Positions 1-9,035 of a stretch of 64,000 nucleotides of DNA are shown piece by piece. Both the position numbers and the translations under genes were made by a program. Numbering within the stretch: the first letter of the stretch is position 1; each line of letters begins with the position of its first letter. Source of the stretch: Candidatus Bathyarchaeota archaeon (GTDB taxonomy: Archaea; Thermoproteota; Bathyarchaeia; Bathyarchaeales; Bathyarchaeaceae); the NCBI GenBank assembly GCA_963697165.1, contig CAVOMX010000017.1:24343-88342 (forward strand), given 5' to 3'. The notes under the pieces were generated by a model. That model was given only the letters and a program-made list of their open reading frames with translations, searched no databases and was not told the origin of the DNA.

Positions 1-309
1 TTAAAAATGATCTATCTCAAAAAGAAAAGAACAAGTTTGCTTATTTTCGTGATAATAATATAGTTTTACGGAAGTTGCGTTTTTTCTTTAATAAATCTTT
101 CTTAGCTAACTTTTTTGTCCTATAGATCAATTGTCTTTGCAGCTATAGGCCGGACTCAGATTCTATTTCCTGTGAAATGAAACAACATGTAACCGATAAT
201 AAAGAAGCCTAATTTGAGGTGTGTATAAACCAAAATAATTAATCTAAGGTTGCATATAAACGAGGTTTCGAATACCTTTTCTTAGCGTATTCCTTTAGAG
301 TGTGAGAAT

Positions 310-1293
310 ATGAAGGAAATTCAATTCCGAAATTATCTCCAAGAACGTAAGTTGACCCCAGAGGAAGCTAATTTGTCTGTGAACTCAATCAAAGAGTTCG
401 AGGACTATCTTGAAAAGAAGAAAATGTCGTTCGAGACTGCAGGATTAGATACGCTTGTAGAGTATATCTCACTGATGATTGAAGAAGACAAGAACTCGAT
501 GAACAGACTCATCGCGATTGCTCGCTACTGCAACATTACTAAGAAAGATGACTACTACGTTTATCTAGTATCAATTTTAGGTGCTAGAAATGTGTTGCCT
601 GACATAGGCGAAAGGGTAGCACTTATTTCTGGAGAGGTAGTTCAACATAAAGTCTTTCAAGGGTTCGAGTTGCCTCCGCTAGGGGCGCCTCCTGAGAACT
701 ACCCACAAATCACCAAGATTATTATGGATAGGCTGAAGGCTGAACTTCCCAACGAAACCTGCAGGAAGATCCTCACGTGGAACTACCATAGAGTGCCAAC
801 TGAGAGCTTCAAGGAGAAGAAAGACCGATTTGAGAAATCCGATAGTATCGACGGATACTTGAAAAACGAACATAAGATGTTTGTAGATGAGCTTAAGAAG
901 TTCATGAACGAGGGGAGAATATGGTACGAGCAAGAGATATCCCCTGAAGTTCTAGAGTTCGTACGGGGTAATCAAGAGATTTGTACAGGTGTCAGACGCG
1001 GTAATAGGATCTACCTGACCAAAATACCTTATGCTCCGAAGCAATACCTGGAGGAGAAGGATTCCGCCTTGAAGAGGTACTACGCCTGTCATTGCCCTCT
1101 CGTAAGATCAGCCTTATGTAATGGAAAAATCGAGATATCACATATGTTCTGCTACTGTAGTGCCGGATATGAAAAAATAGGATTCGACGTAATATTCGAA
1201 GAATCAGTTGAAGTAGAGTTGCTAGAGAGTGCACTCAAAGGAGACTCTCAATGTCGCTTTGCTATTAGAATTCCAAGAGGTAAAATGAAATAA
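310..1293 (+). CDS. Hypothetical protein with Cys-rich C-terminal DUF6144/V4R-like domain
   Basis: 327-aa ORF; C-terminal CHCP...FCYCSAG...ESALKGDSQCRFAI pattern. Confidence 0.6.
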   Translation: MKEIQFRNYLQERKLTPEEANLSVNSIKEFEDYLEKKKMSFETAGLDTLVEYISLMIEEDKNSMNRLIAIARYCNITKKDDYYVYLVSILGARNVLPDIGERVALISGEVVQHKVFQGFELPPLGAPPENYPQITKIIMDRLKAELPNETCRKILTWNYHRVPTESFKEKKDRFEKSDSIDGYLKNEHKMFVDELKKFMNEGRIWYEQEISPEVLEFVRGNQEICTGVRRGNRIYLTKIPYAPKQYLEEKDSALKRYYACHCPLVRSALCNGKIEISHMFCYCSAGYEKIGFDVIFEESVEVELLESALKGDSQCRFAIRIPRGKMK

Positions 1294-1295
1294 CG

Positions 1296-1517
1296 TCAGA
1301 AGAAATGATTATTTTTTTGTTTTCCCCATTCAAGCATATTCCAGAATCTTTCATGGAAGTAATATAGTATCATTGTAATAGCATTGTATATCGTTCCAAT
1401 TGCTACGGAAACATCAATGTTTCCTGTCAAAAAGTATGCCGTAATAATGCTAACTGTTATACAGATAATTCTCCAAAGGATTGATTTTACTAATGACCTT
1501 TTTCTTGTTTCTATCAT
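1296..1517 (-). CDS. DUF2061 family small membrane protein
   Basis: ETRKRSLVKSILWR...YYFHERFW signature. Confidence 0.85.
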   Translation of the reverse strand: MIETRKRSLVKSILWRIICITVSIITAYFLTGNIDVSVAIGTIYNAITMILYYFHERFWNMLEWGKQKNNHFF

Positions 1518-1657
1518 GAAATTTATTTTTCGAATACACTCATAATAAGTTTTATCACACCTAATGGCTTTGCTGAGAATCCAAACAAAAATAATTGAGG
1601 ATTGAAGCTATATTTTATAGCTTAGAACGAGTCATATTTTGAAAGGGATATTGAGAA

Positions 1658-2383
1658 ATGAGTTTCATTAATTCTTATCAGGATTTTTTTCGTGCAAAAG
1701 CTTATGCTAAACTTGAGTTTCCTGGAACATATTATTTGGCATATAGAGATTTGCCAGAAATCTTAAGTAAATATGTAAGTGGATTTAAAGCATTAGATTT
1801 TGGTTGTGGAACAGGTCGTTCCACACGATTTCTCCAAAAACTAGGTTTTGAAGCTATCGGTGTTGATATTGCAGAGAAAATGATCAATCAAGCAAAAGAA
1901 ATTGACCCAAATGGGAATTATCGCCTTGTTGAAGAAGATCTTAGTCAGTTTAAAAATAATACATATAATCTGGTCTTATCTGTTTTCACATTTGATAACA
2001 TTCCTACAAAAGAAAAAAAGGTCAATACTTTACAGGAAATTACACGTATTTTAAAAAAAGGAGGCATATTTATAAATTTGGTTTCATCTCCTGAGATTTA
2101 TACTCATGAATGGGCATCGTTTTCAACCAAAGACTTTCCAGAAAACAAACATGCAAAAAGTGGAGATGTTGTCCGAATAATAATTACTGAAATTGATGAT
2201 AAAAGACCCGTTGAAGATGTCCTTTGGTTAGACGAAGACTATAAAGACGTATTTGAGGAATCTAAACTTGAATTGATTGCAACTCATAAACCATTAGCAA
2301 AAGAAACTGAGATATACAATTGGGTTAACGAAAAAATGATTGCTCCTTGGATAATTTATGTACTAAAAGATGGAAATAAATAA
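1658..2383 (+). CDS. Class I SAM-dependent methyltransferase
   Basis: LDFGCGTG motif I, GVDI motif II. Confidence 0.9.
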   Translation: MSFINSYQDFFRAKAYAKLEFPGTYYLAYRDLPEILSKYVSGFKALDFGCGTGRSTRFLQKLGFEAIGVDIAEKMINQAKEIDPNGNYRLVEEDLSQFKNNTYNLVLSVFTFDNIPTKEKKVNTLQEITRILKKGGIFINLVSSPEIYTHEWASFSTKDFPENKHAKSGDVVRIIITEIDDKRPVEDVLWLDEDYKDVFEESKLELIATHKPLAKETEIYNWVNEKMIAPWIIYVLKDGNK

Positions 2384-2649
2384 TTCATGAATTTGAAACC
2401 TGATTTTGGTATACGAAAGGTGATTTGAAGTTTGAATAAGATAGAAGAAATAATAAAAAGACGAAAAATGGCTTATGCGAAATTTTTATCTTAAAAATCA
2501 AAGGTGTATGAAAATTTTCCCCAGTTTGAAGAAGATGAAGTTGTCGAAAAAGGAATACTGACAATTTAGACATAAATCAATGAGGAAGCAATGCGCACGC
2601 AACTGAAAAAAATCCAAAAAAATGCAAAGATCCACATATAATGCGGCTT

Positions 2650-3104
2650 TTAGGGAAGTAGTGCGTAAATCTTTGGAGTAATCAAGGTGTAAACAGTCAT
2701 TAATAGTGTTCCATAGAATGGATCAATCTAGGATAACGCGTCCTTAAATGGAGCCCCTAGAATAAACGCCCAAATACCAAATGCTATTGTTGATAGTATG
2801 GCTTTCATTATTTGTCCGTCGGTGTTGACTTCACTCGCTTTTAATTCTCTTTTATTGGTAGCCAGACTGAATACCAAGGTAGCTACTAATCCCATTGCAA
2901 ACATAACCCAATTGATGTTTTGGTATGGAATTTCCCCCATAACCGATTGTGATGAAATAAATATTGCATTATAAAACGTTACTACTTCAGAAGGAACAAA
3001 TTTCACCAATTGCGAAAGATAGTCGTCCGTTTTTTCTTCGTCCTCTCCCTCTTTCGTTGGATCGATTATTTTTTCTACATCTTTTCAGTTATAATATTTT
3101 TCAT
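2650..3104 (-). pseudogene. Small membrane protein gene disrupted by a frameshift and an in-frame TAG
   Basis: MKNIITE/DVEKIIDPTKEGEDEEKTDDYLSQLVKFVPSEVV...; after TAG at 2728-2730 the frame continues IDPFYGTLLMTVYTLITPKIYALLP to TAA at 2650. Confidence 0.6.
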
Positions 3105-3130
3105 GACCCCTTTGGGATCGAATTCCAAAT

Positions 3131-3160
3131 TGTTTGGGTTTGGGCTTAAAATTTAAGGCT
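3131..3160 (+). repeat. Repeat family A copy (GTTTGGGTTT-NGGCTTAAAWTTTAAGCC)
   Basis: TGTTTGGGTTTGGGCTTAAAATTTAAGGCT. Confidence 0.85.
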
Positions 3161-3209
3161 TTCAAAAAAGAGGGTTTGGTGGATTATTTTCTGGAGATGT
3201 CTTCAGCGG
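3161..3209 (-). repeat. Repeat family D-like copy (GAGAYATCTCC...CCCTTTTTT)
   Basis: Reverse strand reads GCTGAAGACATCTCCAGAAAATAATCCACCAAACCCTCTTTTTTGAA, resembling the island repeats at 57.9-59.7 kb. Confidence 0.5.
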
Positions 3210-3360
3210 TGACCAGGTCCAGACTAATCTAGAGGACTTTTGGTGACCTGGTCATCCATATCACAGATAGCGATTTCAAAGATACTTTAGATCAGTATTC
3301 TCAGTTGTGTAGTTATTTCAAAAAATATTGATATTCGGGTCAATTATTGCTCGTTATTTT

Positions 3361-4092
3361 TTATGTGTTCCCATACTTTTCAAACGATATTATTCCCATA
3401 ATAACAATCATGACGCTTACTGTGGAAATAATTACCAAATCAAAGAAAAAGTTTGTATTCATCCAATTCCCTTCAAAAATCAACTTTAATGCATCGAACA
3501 AATAATGACTTGGTACAAACTTGGCGATCTCCTGAGTTGAACTGCTAAGTGGCATAAAAGTACCAAAAAACATCTGAGGAAGAATAAACAAGAATGAAAG
3601 TCCTACACCCATTTCAGGATTTTTTGATAATGTTGCAGTGATAAGCCCCAGACCAACTGAACTCAAAGCAAATATCCCAGTTACAGGTAACGCCAAAAAT
3701 ATTCCTTCAAAACTACTTTCTGGCCTGAATCCCAATAAATAAGCCAAAACAAGTACTACAATCACTTGCACTATTGCTATGATCATGTTAGATATAATCT
3801 GACTTCCAATAAATTCTGTTGAAGTCATTGGCGTAGTATTAAGCCTTCTCAATAATTTCTTTTCCGAAGAAAAGGATTGAGCAACAGTCATAATCAAAAA
3901 AATTACTGCGTAAACAACCAAACCGGGAACCACAGAATTTATAGTCATTCCCAATTCTGGGTCCGAAAAAGTAAACATAAACACGACCGTTAAAAGAGCT
4001 GGAAATAGAAGATTCATAAATAGATTGACTGGATGACGAACTAACTTCTTTAATTCCACATTGACAAGAGCAGCTAAAGCCTGCAATTTCAT
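3361..4092 (-). CDS. ABC-2 type transporter permease
   Basis: Six hydrophobic segments; LRRLNTTP and FFGTFMP ABC-2 motifs; abuts the ATPase gene. Confidence 0.9.
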   Translation of the reverse strand: MKLQALAALVNVELKKLVRHPVNLFMNLLFPALLTVVFMFTFSDPELGMTINSVVPGLVVYAVIFLIMTVAQSFSSEKKLLRRLNTTPMTSTEFIGSQIISNMIIAIVQVIVVLVLAYLLGFRPESSFEGIFLALPVTGIFALSSVGLGLITATLSKNPEMGVGLSFLFILPQMFFGTFMPLSSSTQEIAKFVPSHYLFDALKLIFEGNWMNTNFFFDLVIISTVSVMIVIMGIISFEKYGNT

Positions 4093-5031
4093 TCATATTC
4101 CCTCCAAGATTCTTCGCCCCGTAATATTCAAAAAGACCTGCTCCAAATTTTTTGCTTTATATCTTTCCATAAGTTCCCTAGGAGTTCCTACTTCAACCAG
4201 TTTTCCATAATCCATGATTCCAACTCGATCACTCAATGCTTCTGCTTCTTCGATATAATGAGTGGTTAAGATAATCGTCTTGTTTTCGCCCTTTAGAGAG
4301 CCAATAAATTCCCATGTATTACGACGAGCTCTTGCATCCATTCCAACTGTGGGTTCATCAAGAAAAGCAATCTTAGGATCGTTAATTAATGCCATCATCA
4401 AATTTAGTTTTCTTAGCATTCCTCCACTATAGCCTCCAGCTTTTCTTTTACTGGCGTCAGTTAATCCTAATAATTTTAGAAATCTATCTGTACGTTCTTC
4501 TATTTCCTTCTTGGATAATGAATGAAGATTCCCAAAAAGTTCAATGTTTTCTCGTGCATTAAGGAATGAAAATACTGCGGCTTCTTGGGGACATACACCA
4601 ATTATTTTTTTCACTTCATCTGGATTCTTTGTCACATCAAAACCAGCAATAAGAGCATTTCCACTTGTAGGTTTAATTATCCCGTTAAGAATATTCACTG
4701 TTGTAGTTTTGCCTGCACCATTGGGTCCTAGAAGACTGAAAAGTTCACCCTCACCAATTACAAGGTTTAAATTATCAACTGCAGTAACATTCTCAAATTT
4801 CTTAACAAGATCCTTTATGACTATTATCGGAGCACCTTTAGATATTTTCTTGGACTTGACTGGTTTTATTTTATTTAACTGAATGTCATCAACTGTAATA
4901 TTTAGAGAAAGGAGCTCCACTATGAGTTCCTTAGACCAGTTGTTGGGAATATTAATCTTCTTCAGAACCGCTATTTGCAAAAGTTCTTCTCGATTCAATC
5001 CTTTGAGTAGATTCTTAATATCTGAAGTCAA
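4093..5031 (-). CDS. ABC transporter ATP-binding protein (drug-exporter type) with N-terminal extension
   Basis: Walker A GPNGAGKTT, signature YSGGM, Walker B FLDEPT, H-loop TTHY. Confidence 0.95.
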   Translation of the reverse strand: MTSDIKNLLKGLNREELLQIAVLKKINIPNNWSKELIVELLSLNITVDDIQLNKIKPVKSKKISKGAPIIVIKDLVKKFENVTAVDNLNLVIGEGELFSLLGPNGAGKTTTVNILNGIIKPTSGNALIAGFDVTKNPDEVKKIIGVCPQEAAVFSFLNARENIELFGNLHSLSKKEIEERTDRFLKLLGLTDASKRKAGGYSGGMLRKLNLMMALINDPKIAFLDEPTVGMDARARRNTWEFIGSLKGENKTIILTTHYIEEAEALSDRVGIMDYGKLVEVGTPRELMERYKAKNLEQVFLNITGRRILEGI

Positions 5032-5087
5032 AAAAATCCCACATATTGGTATGTTTTAACTTCTATTTACATTTAAGACATTTAACG

Positions 5088-5116
5088 CTTGGGTTTGCAG
5101 GTTAAATTTTAACTTG
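5088..5116 (+). repeat. Repeat family A copy
   Basis: CTTGGGTTTGCAGGTTAAATTTTAACTTG; palindromic core. Confidence 0.75.
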
Positions 5117-5208
5117 AAACTTCTTTTGTCGTTTGATTGATATATAATCTGATGTTACTGTTTTCTAGAAAAAAAGAAAAAGGGGAAATTATGGTTTTTG
5201 AAAAACCA

Positions 5209-5799
5209 TCATGGTGCAGGTGGTGTGTATATCGCTTCTGGACACTTTAGCCAGTATCCATACCATGAATTTACTTCGGAAATGTAATTAATCCAACCGT
5301 GTCCAATGTTAAGTGTTTGTCCCTCAAAGTCTCCAGTGCCATGGAAAATTCCGTATGCTTTTGACAGTTGGTCCACGTTATTCAACATAACCAAGCCGTT
5401 GCCTTCAAAGCCTGCATCTGCAACTTCATCGTCATCCAAATCAAACGTAAACACATAGTTGTCTGTAAGAACCACTCTAGCTCCCACCTTTATATTCACG
5501 ACCTTCCTGTAAACAACGGCATATCCTTCAAGAGTTGAATCATCGTCAAATGTAATGGTAATGAAAAAATGTTGTTCCAAAACAACATGGATTATCTGAC
5601 CAGTAACTACAGGTCCTTCGAGTAGAATTCCGTTGCCGCCCCCATCCCCACCATCTGCAGGGTCTGCCCTATCACGAGTCATGTCTACTGTAACTGCCAC
5701 TTTGTTTGGTCCGTTTGTTGGTTTTGCATATGCTGGAATAGCAGAGACAATTAGCAACGCCAACAACATAATGCTGATAAGCATAATTTTCTTTTTCAT
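5209..5799 (-). CDS. Secreted hypothetical protein
   Basis: Likely start MKKKIMLISIMLLALLIVSAIPAYA (signal peptide) preceded by GGCGGTGA SD-like sequence. Confidence 0.75.
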   Translation of the reverse strand: MKKKIMLISIMLLALLIVSAIPAYAKPTNGPNKVAVTVDMTRDRADPADGGDGGGNGILLEGPVVTGQIIHVVLEQHFFITITFDDDSTLEGYAVVYRKVVNIKVGARVVLTDNYVFTFDLDDDEVADAGFEGNGLVMLNNVDQLSKAYGIFHGTGDFEGQTLNIGHGWINYISEVNSWYGYWLKCPEAIYTPPAP

Positions 5800-6109
5800 T
5801 TTTTCACCGCCCCTATGTTCTGTTCCTGAGAAAGATTGACAAAATTGGAGTTTCTGTCCTCTCCCCCAGTGTGCTAATTTAGAAAATAAACTCATCTTAT
5901 GTGACATTTAAAGTTAACTAGATGATAGTTCTAGAAAACTCAATATAAATAACAACTTATGTTACAGGAGAATACGTCCTTTCCTTTTTACTTGTGTGTT
6001 TGGAGTTATGGAGAGGTGTTTTAGTTTCAGTTAACTCTCCACTTTTCCTGAATCCCAATGAACTCAACTAGTATATTCAGATTTTGTGATTGTAGTTTGG
6101 TGTTAAGTG

Positions 6110-6302
6110 TTGGGTTTCAGTGTTGTCTGTCATGGATGCGATGCTTTACTGTTTGAAGGAAGGGACATTGATTCCTCTTTACAAGCTTAGGAATAAGACT
6201 GACGGAAAATGTCCAAACTGCGGAAGGCGTTTGAGTCTCCGTCCCCTAAGCATAAACTTTCATAACAAGGAATTAACCACTTCACCATCAACTGAACCCT
6301 AA
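6110..6302 (+). CDS. Small zinc-ribbon protein (frameshift near 6168), paralog of 59762-59974
   Basis: Joined frames read MGFSVVCHGCDALLFEGRD/LIPLYKLRNKTDGKCPNCGRRLSLRPL. Confidence 0.75.
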
Positions 6303-6418
6303 CACTGCACTCTTTTTTTGCAAAGTTTCCTATGAGCTCTAATATCGTGAGTCGGTACGACTGAAGTACCAACATTCTTTGCAGTAGGTTACAAGGAAAC
6401 AGCAAATATTCGGTATTT

Positions 6419-6865
6419 TTAGCTGAAGAATTCTTTGACTGGAAGGAGTAACCCAACTATCCAGAGTATTACTAATATTATGGAACTGGGAAGGTAGAAT
6501 GCAGTTAAAACATTAGCATTAGTATAGACAAGAATCAATTGTCCCAAAAGAGCAACACCGAAAATGACTAATACCGCATACCAAGCCCATTTTTTTCCCC
6601 GTCTAAAAGGTAACAATGACATAAAGATTAAACTTAAACTAAGACCCAACATATTCACCGCATCAAAATGATATACAAGCGTAATTTTATCCATCAAATT
6701 AGAGTTGAAAGCACGAACTTCTGAAATTGTTAATCCAAACAACTCTTGGAATTCTGAGTCTGATGGAGCTAGGAATAAACTCTGTAAAGCGTATACGATA
6801 CCACCAATAGCAACAATGACCAGCAAAACAGATGCAACATTCAAAACTCTACTAAATTCAATCAC
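6419..6865 (-). CDS. Four-helix membrane protein
   Basis: Hydrophobic ORF with PFRRGKKWAWY motif. Confidence 0.7.
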   Translation of the reverse strand: MIEFSRVLNVASVLLVIVAIGGIVYALQSLFLAPSDSEFQELFGLTISEVRAFNSNLMDKITLVYHFDAVNMLGLSLSLIFMSLLPFRRGKKWAWYAVLVIFGVALLGQLILVYTNANVLTAFYLPSSIILVILWIVGLLLPVKEFFS

Positions 6866-6986
6866 CCCCTTTTAATTGAATATGAGCAGTAGTTCATTTC
6901 TTTTGTTTCTGCCTTTAAGACTTGTGTACCAACTTTGCCTGTGTAATAATTTACAGAAAGAATCTCTCAACTGCTTGAATCTATGA

Positions 6987-7058
6987 GTATATCCTTTTTG
7001 TGTGATGGATATACGAATTTTATTGGTATATCCTTTTAGTCGAAAGGGTATACGAATT
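6987..7058. promoter_or_regulatory. Tandem pair of 33-bp palindromic operator-like units
   Basis: GTATATCC-N12-GGATATACGAATT at 6987-7019 and GTATATCC-N12-GGGTATACGAATT at 7026-7058. Confidence 0.5.
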
Positions 7059-7166
7059 CCCTAATTCCTTATTGTATTCTTATTATATTGATTTGATACT
7101 GTTTTTACAGACCAAATTCTTACTGAATCATGCCTGATTCCTATCCATTTTCATTTTTCTGGTGCA

Positions 7167-7209
7167 AATGCCCTTGTCTCGTCAAATCAAATAATGTGAC
7201 AAGGGCATT
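7167..7209. repeat. Perfect 12-bp inverted repeat
   Basis: AATGCCCTTGTC ... GACAAGGGCATT. Confidence 0.7.
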
Positions 7210-7250
7210 CAACCCATTTCTTGGATGATAAAACAGGCGTGATTTTTTTT

Positions 7251-7276
7251 GCTTAAAATTTAACCCCCACACAAAA
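7251..7276 (-). repeat. Repeat family A copy (reverse orientation)
   Basis: Reverse strand TTTTGTGTGGGGGTTAAATTTTAAGC. Confidence 0.65.
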
Positions 7277-7350
7277 TGCATAAACAAAGAAAAGAGGTAG
7301 AATATGTGATGTGGAAAAAAGAGAGAAAGGTTTTGGTATGAATTTTTTTG

Positions 7351-8307
7351 TTATGTCTTTTTTGTTCGATAACGTTTGAATCCTACATATCCTATTAGGG
7401 TAACAAACATGCTAAGGGTAGCCATTATTGTGCCTAGTGGAAGCTCTGGAACAACGAAAATGGGACATGGCATTGTACACTCGTTATTTGCTTCGTCGAT
7501 TTCAACTATTTCAGCTGACGAGTCTGCCCAAGCCTTTATGTTGTATACGTTCAATGCAATTCCTGTGGTGTTCCAGGTAAAGGTTACGATTCTAGATTCT
7601 CCTGGAGCCAAGGATTCTACATTTATGGTGCCAATTTCTATGCTGTCGTAGTAGCAGCTAAGGTCAAAAGACTCGGTGTAATTGCCATTATTTCGAACAG
7701 TGACATCAATATCAACCAAGTCCCCTGGCAGCGCCTCATTATCACAAACAGTTTGGGAAACTGCTTCAACATCATGCACCCATTCTGGATCTTCGGTGAA
7801 TGTGGCGGTTACAGTCTTGTTGCTATCCATAAGGAGGAACTCAGGATTAGCAGAGCCACTGAGATCACCGCTCCAACCACTGAACGTCCAACCAGCAGCT
7901 GGAGTAGCCGTTAACTGTACAATTGATCCAGCAGCATAAGGTGAACTGCCATTGACGGCAACAGATCCGCTTCCAACAATATTCACCGTCAAACAATACT
8001 CTGGAATCTCTGTGAAGGTGGCGGTTACAGTCTTGTTGCTATCCATAAGGAGGAACTCAGGATTAGCAGAGCCACTGAGATCACCGCTCCAACCACTGAA
8101 CGTCCAACCAGCAGCTGGAGTAGCCGTTAACTGTACAACTGATCCAGCAGCATAAGGTGAACTGCCATTGACGGCAACAGATCCGCTTCCAACAATATTC
8201 ACCGACAAACTATACTCAGGACTCTGAGCAAACACAAAGTTTGATATTCCTAAAGGTACTGTTGTAACTAACAGAAAAGCAATTAAAAAGAAAGCAGATT
8301 TCTTCAA
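7351..8307 (-). CDS. Cell-surface protein: signal peptide, two InlB B-repeat-like domains, CARDB domain, PEF-CTERM-like anchor
   Basis: Duplicated YxLxVNIVGSGSV...ATPAAGWTFSGWSGD...TVTATF; CARDB-like VTVRNNG...EIDEANN; C-terminal VVPELPLG + TM helix + KRYRTKK. Confidence 0.85.
   Translation of the reverse strand: MKKSAFFLIAFLLVTTVPLGISNFVFAQSPEYSLSVNIVGSGSVAVNGSSPYAAGSVVQLTATPAAGWTFSGWSGDLSGSANPEFLLMDSNKTVTATFTEIPEYCLTVNIVGSGSVAVNGSSPYAAGSIVQLTATPAAGWTFSGWSGDLSGSANPEFLLMDSNKTVTATFTEDPEWVHDVEAVSQTVCDNEALPGDLVDIDVTVRNNGNYTESFDLSCYYDSIEIGTINVESLAPGESRIVTFTWNTTGIALNVYNIKAWADSSAEIVEIDEANNECTMPCPIFVVPELPLGTIMATLSMFVTLIGYVGFKRYRTKKT
7796..8221. repeat. Near-perfect intragenic tandem duplication, period 216 bp
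   Basis: 7796-8005 vs 8012-8221 differ at only a few positions. Confidence 0.95.
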
Positions 8308-8430
8308 GGAGTCTCCCCTTACAAGTTATAGGTGTGTGTATAAATAAAAGCTTAATTGGTATAATTCTCTAGAAAAACTAGACTGATTTTCTATATATCA
8401 ATTTATGATTGAAAACCATAAAAGCAAAAA

Positions 8431-8460
8431 TGTTTGGGTTTAGGCTTAAATTTTAAGCCC
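8431..8460 (+). repeat. Repeat family A copy
   Basis: TGTTTGGGTTTAGGCTTAAATTTTAAGCCC. Confidence 0.85.
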
Positions 8461-8546
8461 ATCCTTAAGCAACAATATGGGCTACAGCAGTTTATGTCAT
8501 GGTACAACATTAGTTTCTTAAAGGACTAAAATACAATACAATTGAT

Positions 8547-9014
8547 ATGGCAACTTTAGTTAGAGAACAGATTCTTTCCCAAATCATGAAGTGGGTGGTT
8601 AATTCGGGATTAGACGTTGAATCAATTTCTAACGAGAAACATGATTTTGCGATAACTATGTACGAGAATAGGAACCTGCCACAACTGCAAATAATTCACC
8701 CAAAAGCAGATACCGCATACGTTCTGGTTGTAGGTCTAGTTAGCATCCCTGAAAGTGACCGCAAAAAACTGAAGGAATTAAAACGTGAACAGTTTGATGA
8801 ATTAATTTGGGATAACAAAATGAGATTACTAACAATGGATGTTGATTTTACAGTATGGGGTTCTGAGCAGGATCCGGATTCTTGGGAAGTTCAAAAGCGT
8901 GTCTTCTTAGACGAAACTAACACAAACCACTTTCATGAAGCATGTCATAAAGTCAAGAACGCAATTATAAGCATTATCTGGTCATACAAACGAGAATTAG
9001 CAACAACCGCATAG
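8547..9014 (+). CDS. DUF2299-like archaeal hypothetical protein
   Basis: 155 aa; resembles archaeal DUF2299 proteins (IHPK...FDELIWD...LL). Confidence 0.55.
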   Translation: MATLVREQILSQIMKWVVNSGLDVESISNEKHDFAITMYENRNLPQLQIIHPKADTAYVLVVGLVSIPESDRKKLKELKREQFDELIWDNKMRLLTMDVDFTVWGSEQDPDSWEVQKRVFLDETNTNHFHEACHKVKNAIISIIWSYKRELATTA

Positions 9015-9035
9015 TCTACCTAAAAACCAGACATA

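Noticed and set aside
2728..2730. In-frame TAG (also near 48618) as pyrrolysine readthrough
   Set aside because: The positions fit TGG->TAG and GAG->TAG substitutions in genes that are already frameshifted; no pyl genes in the window.
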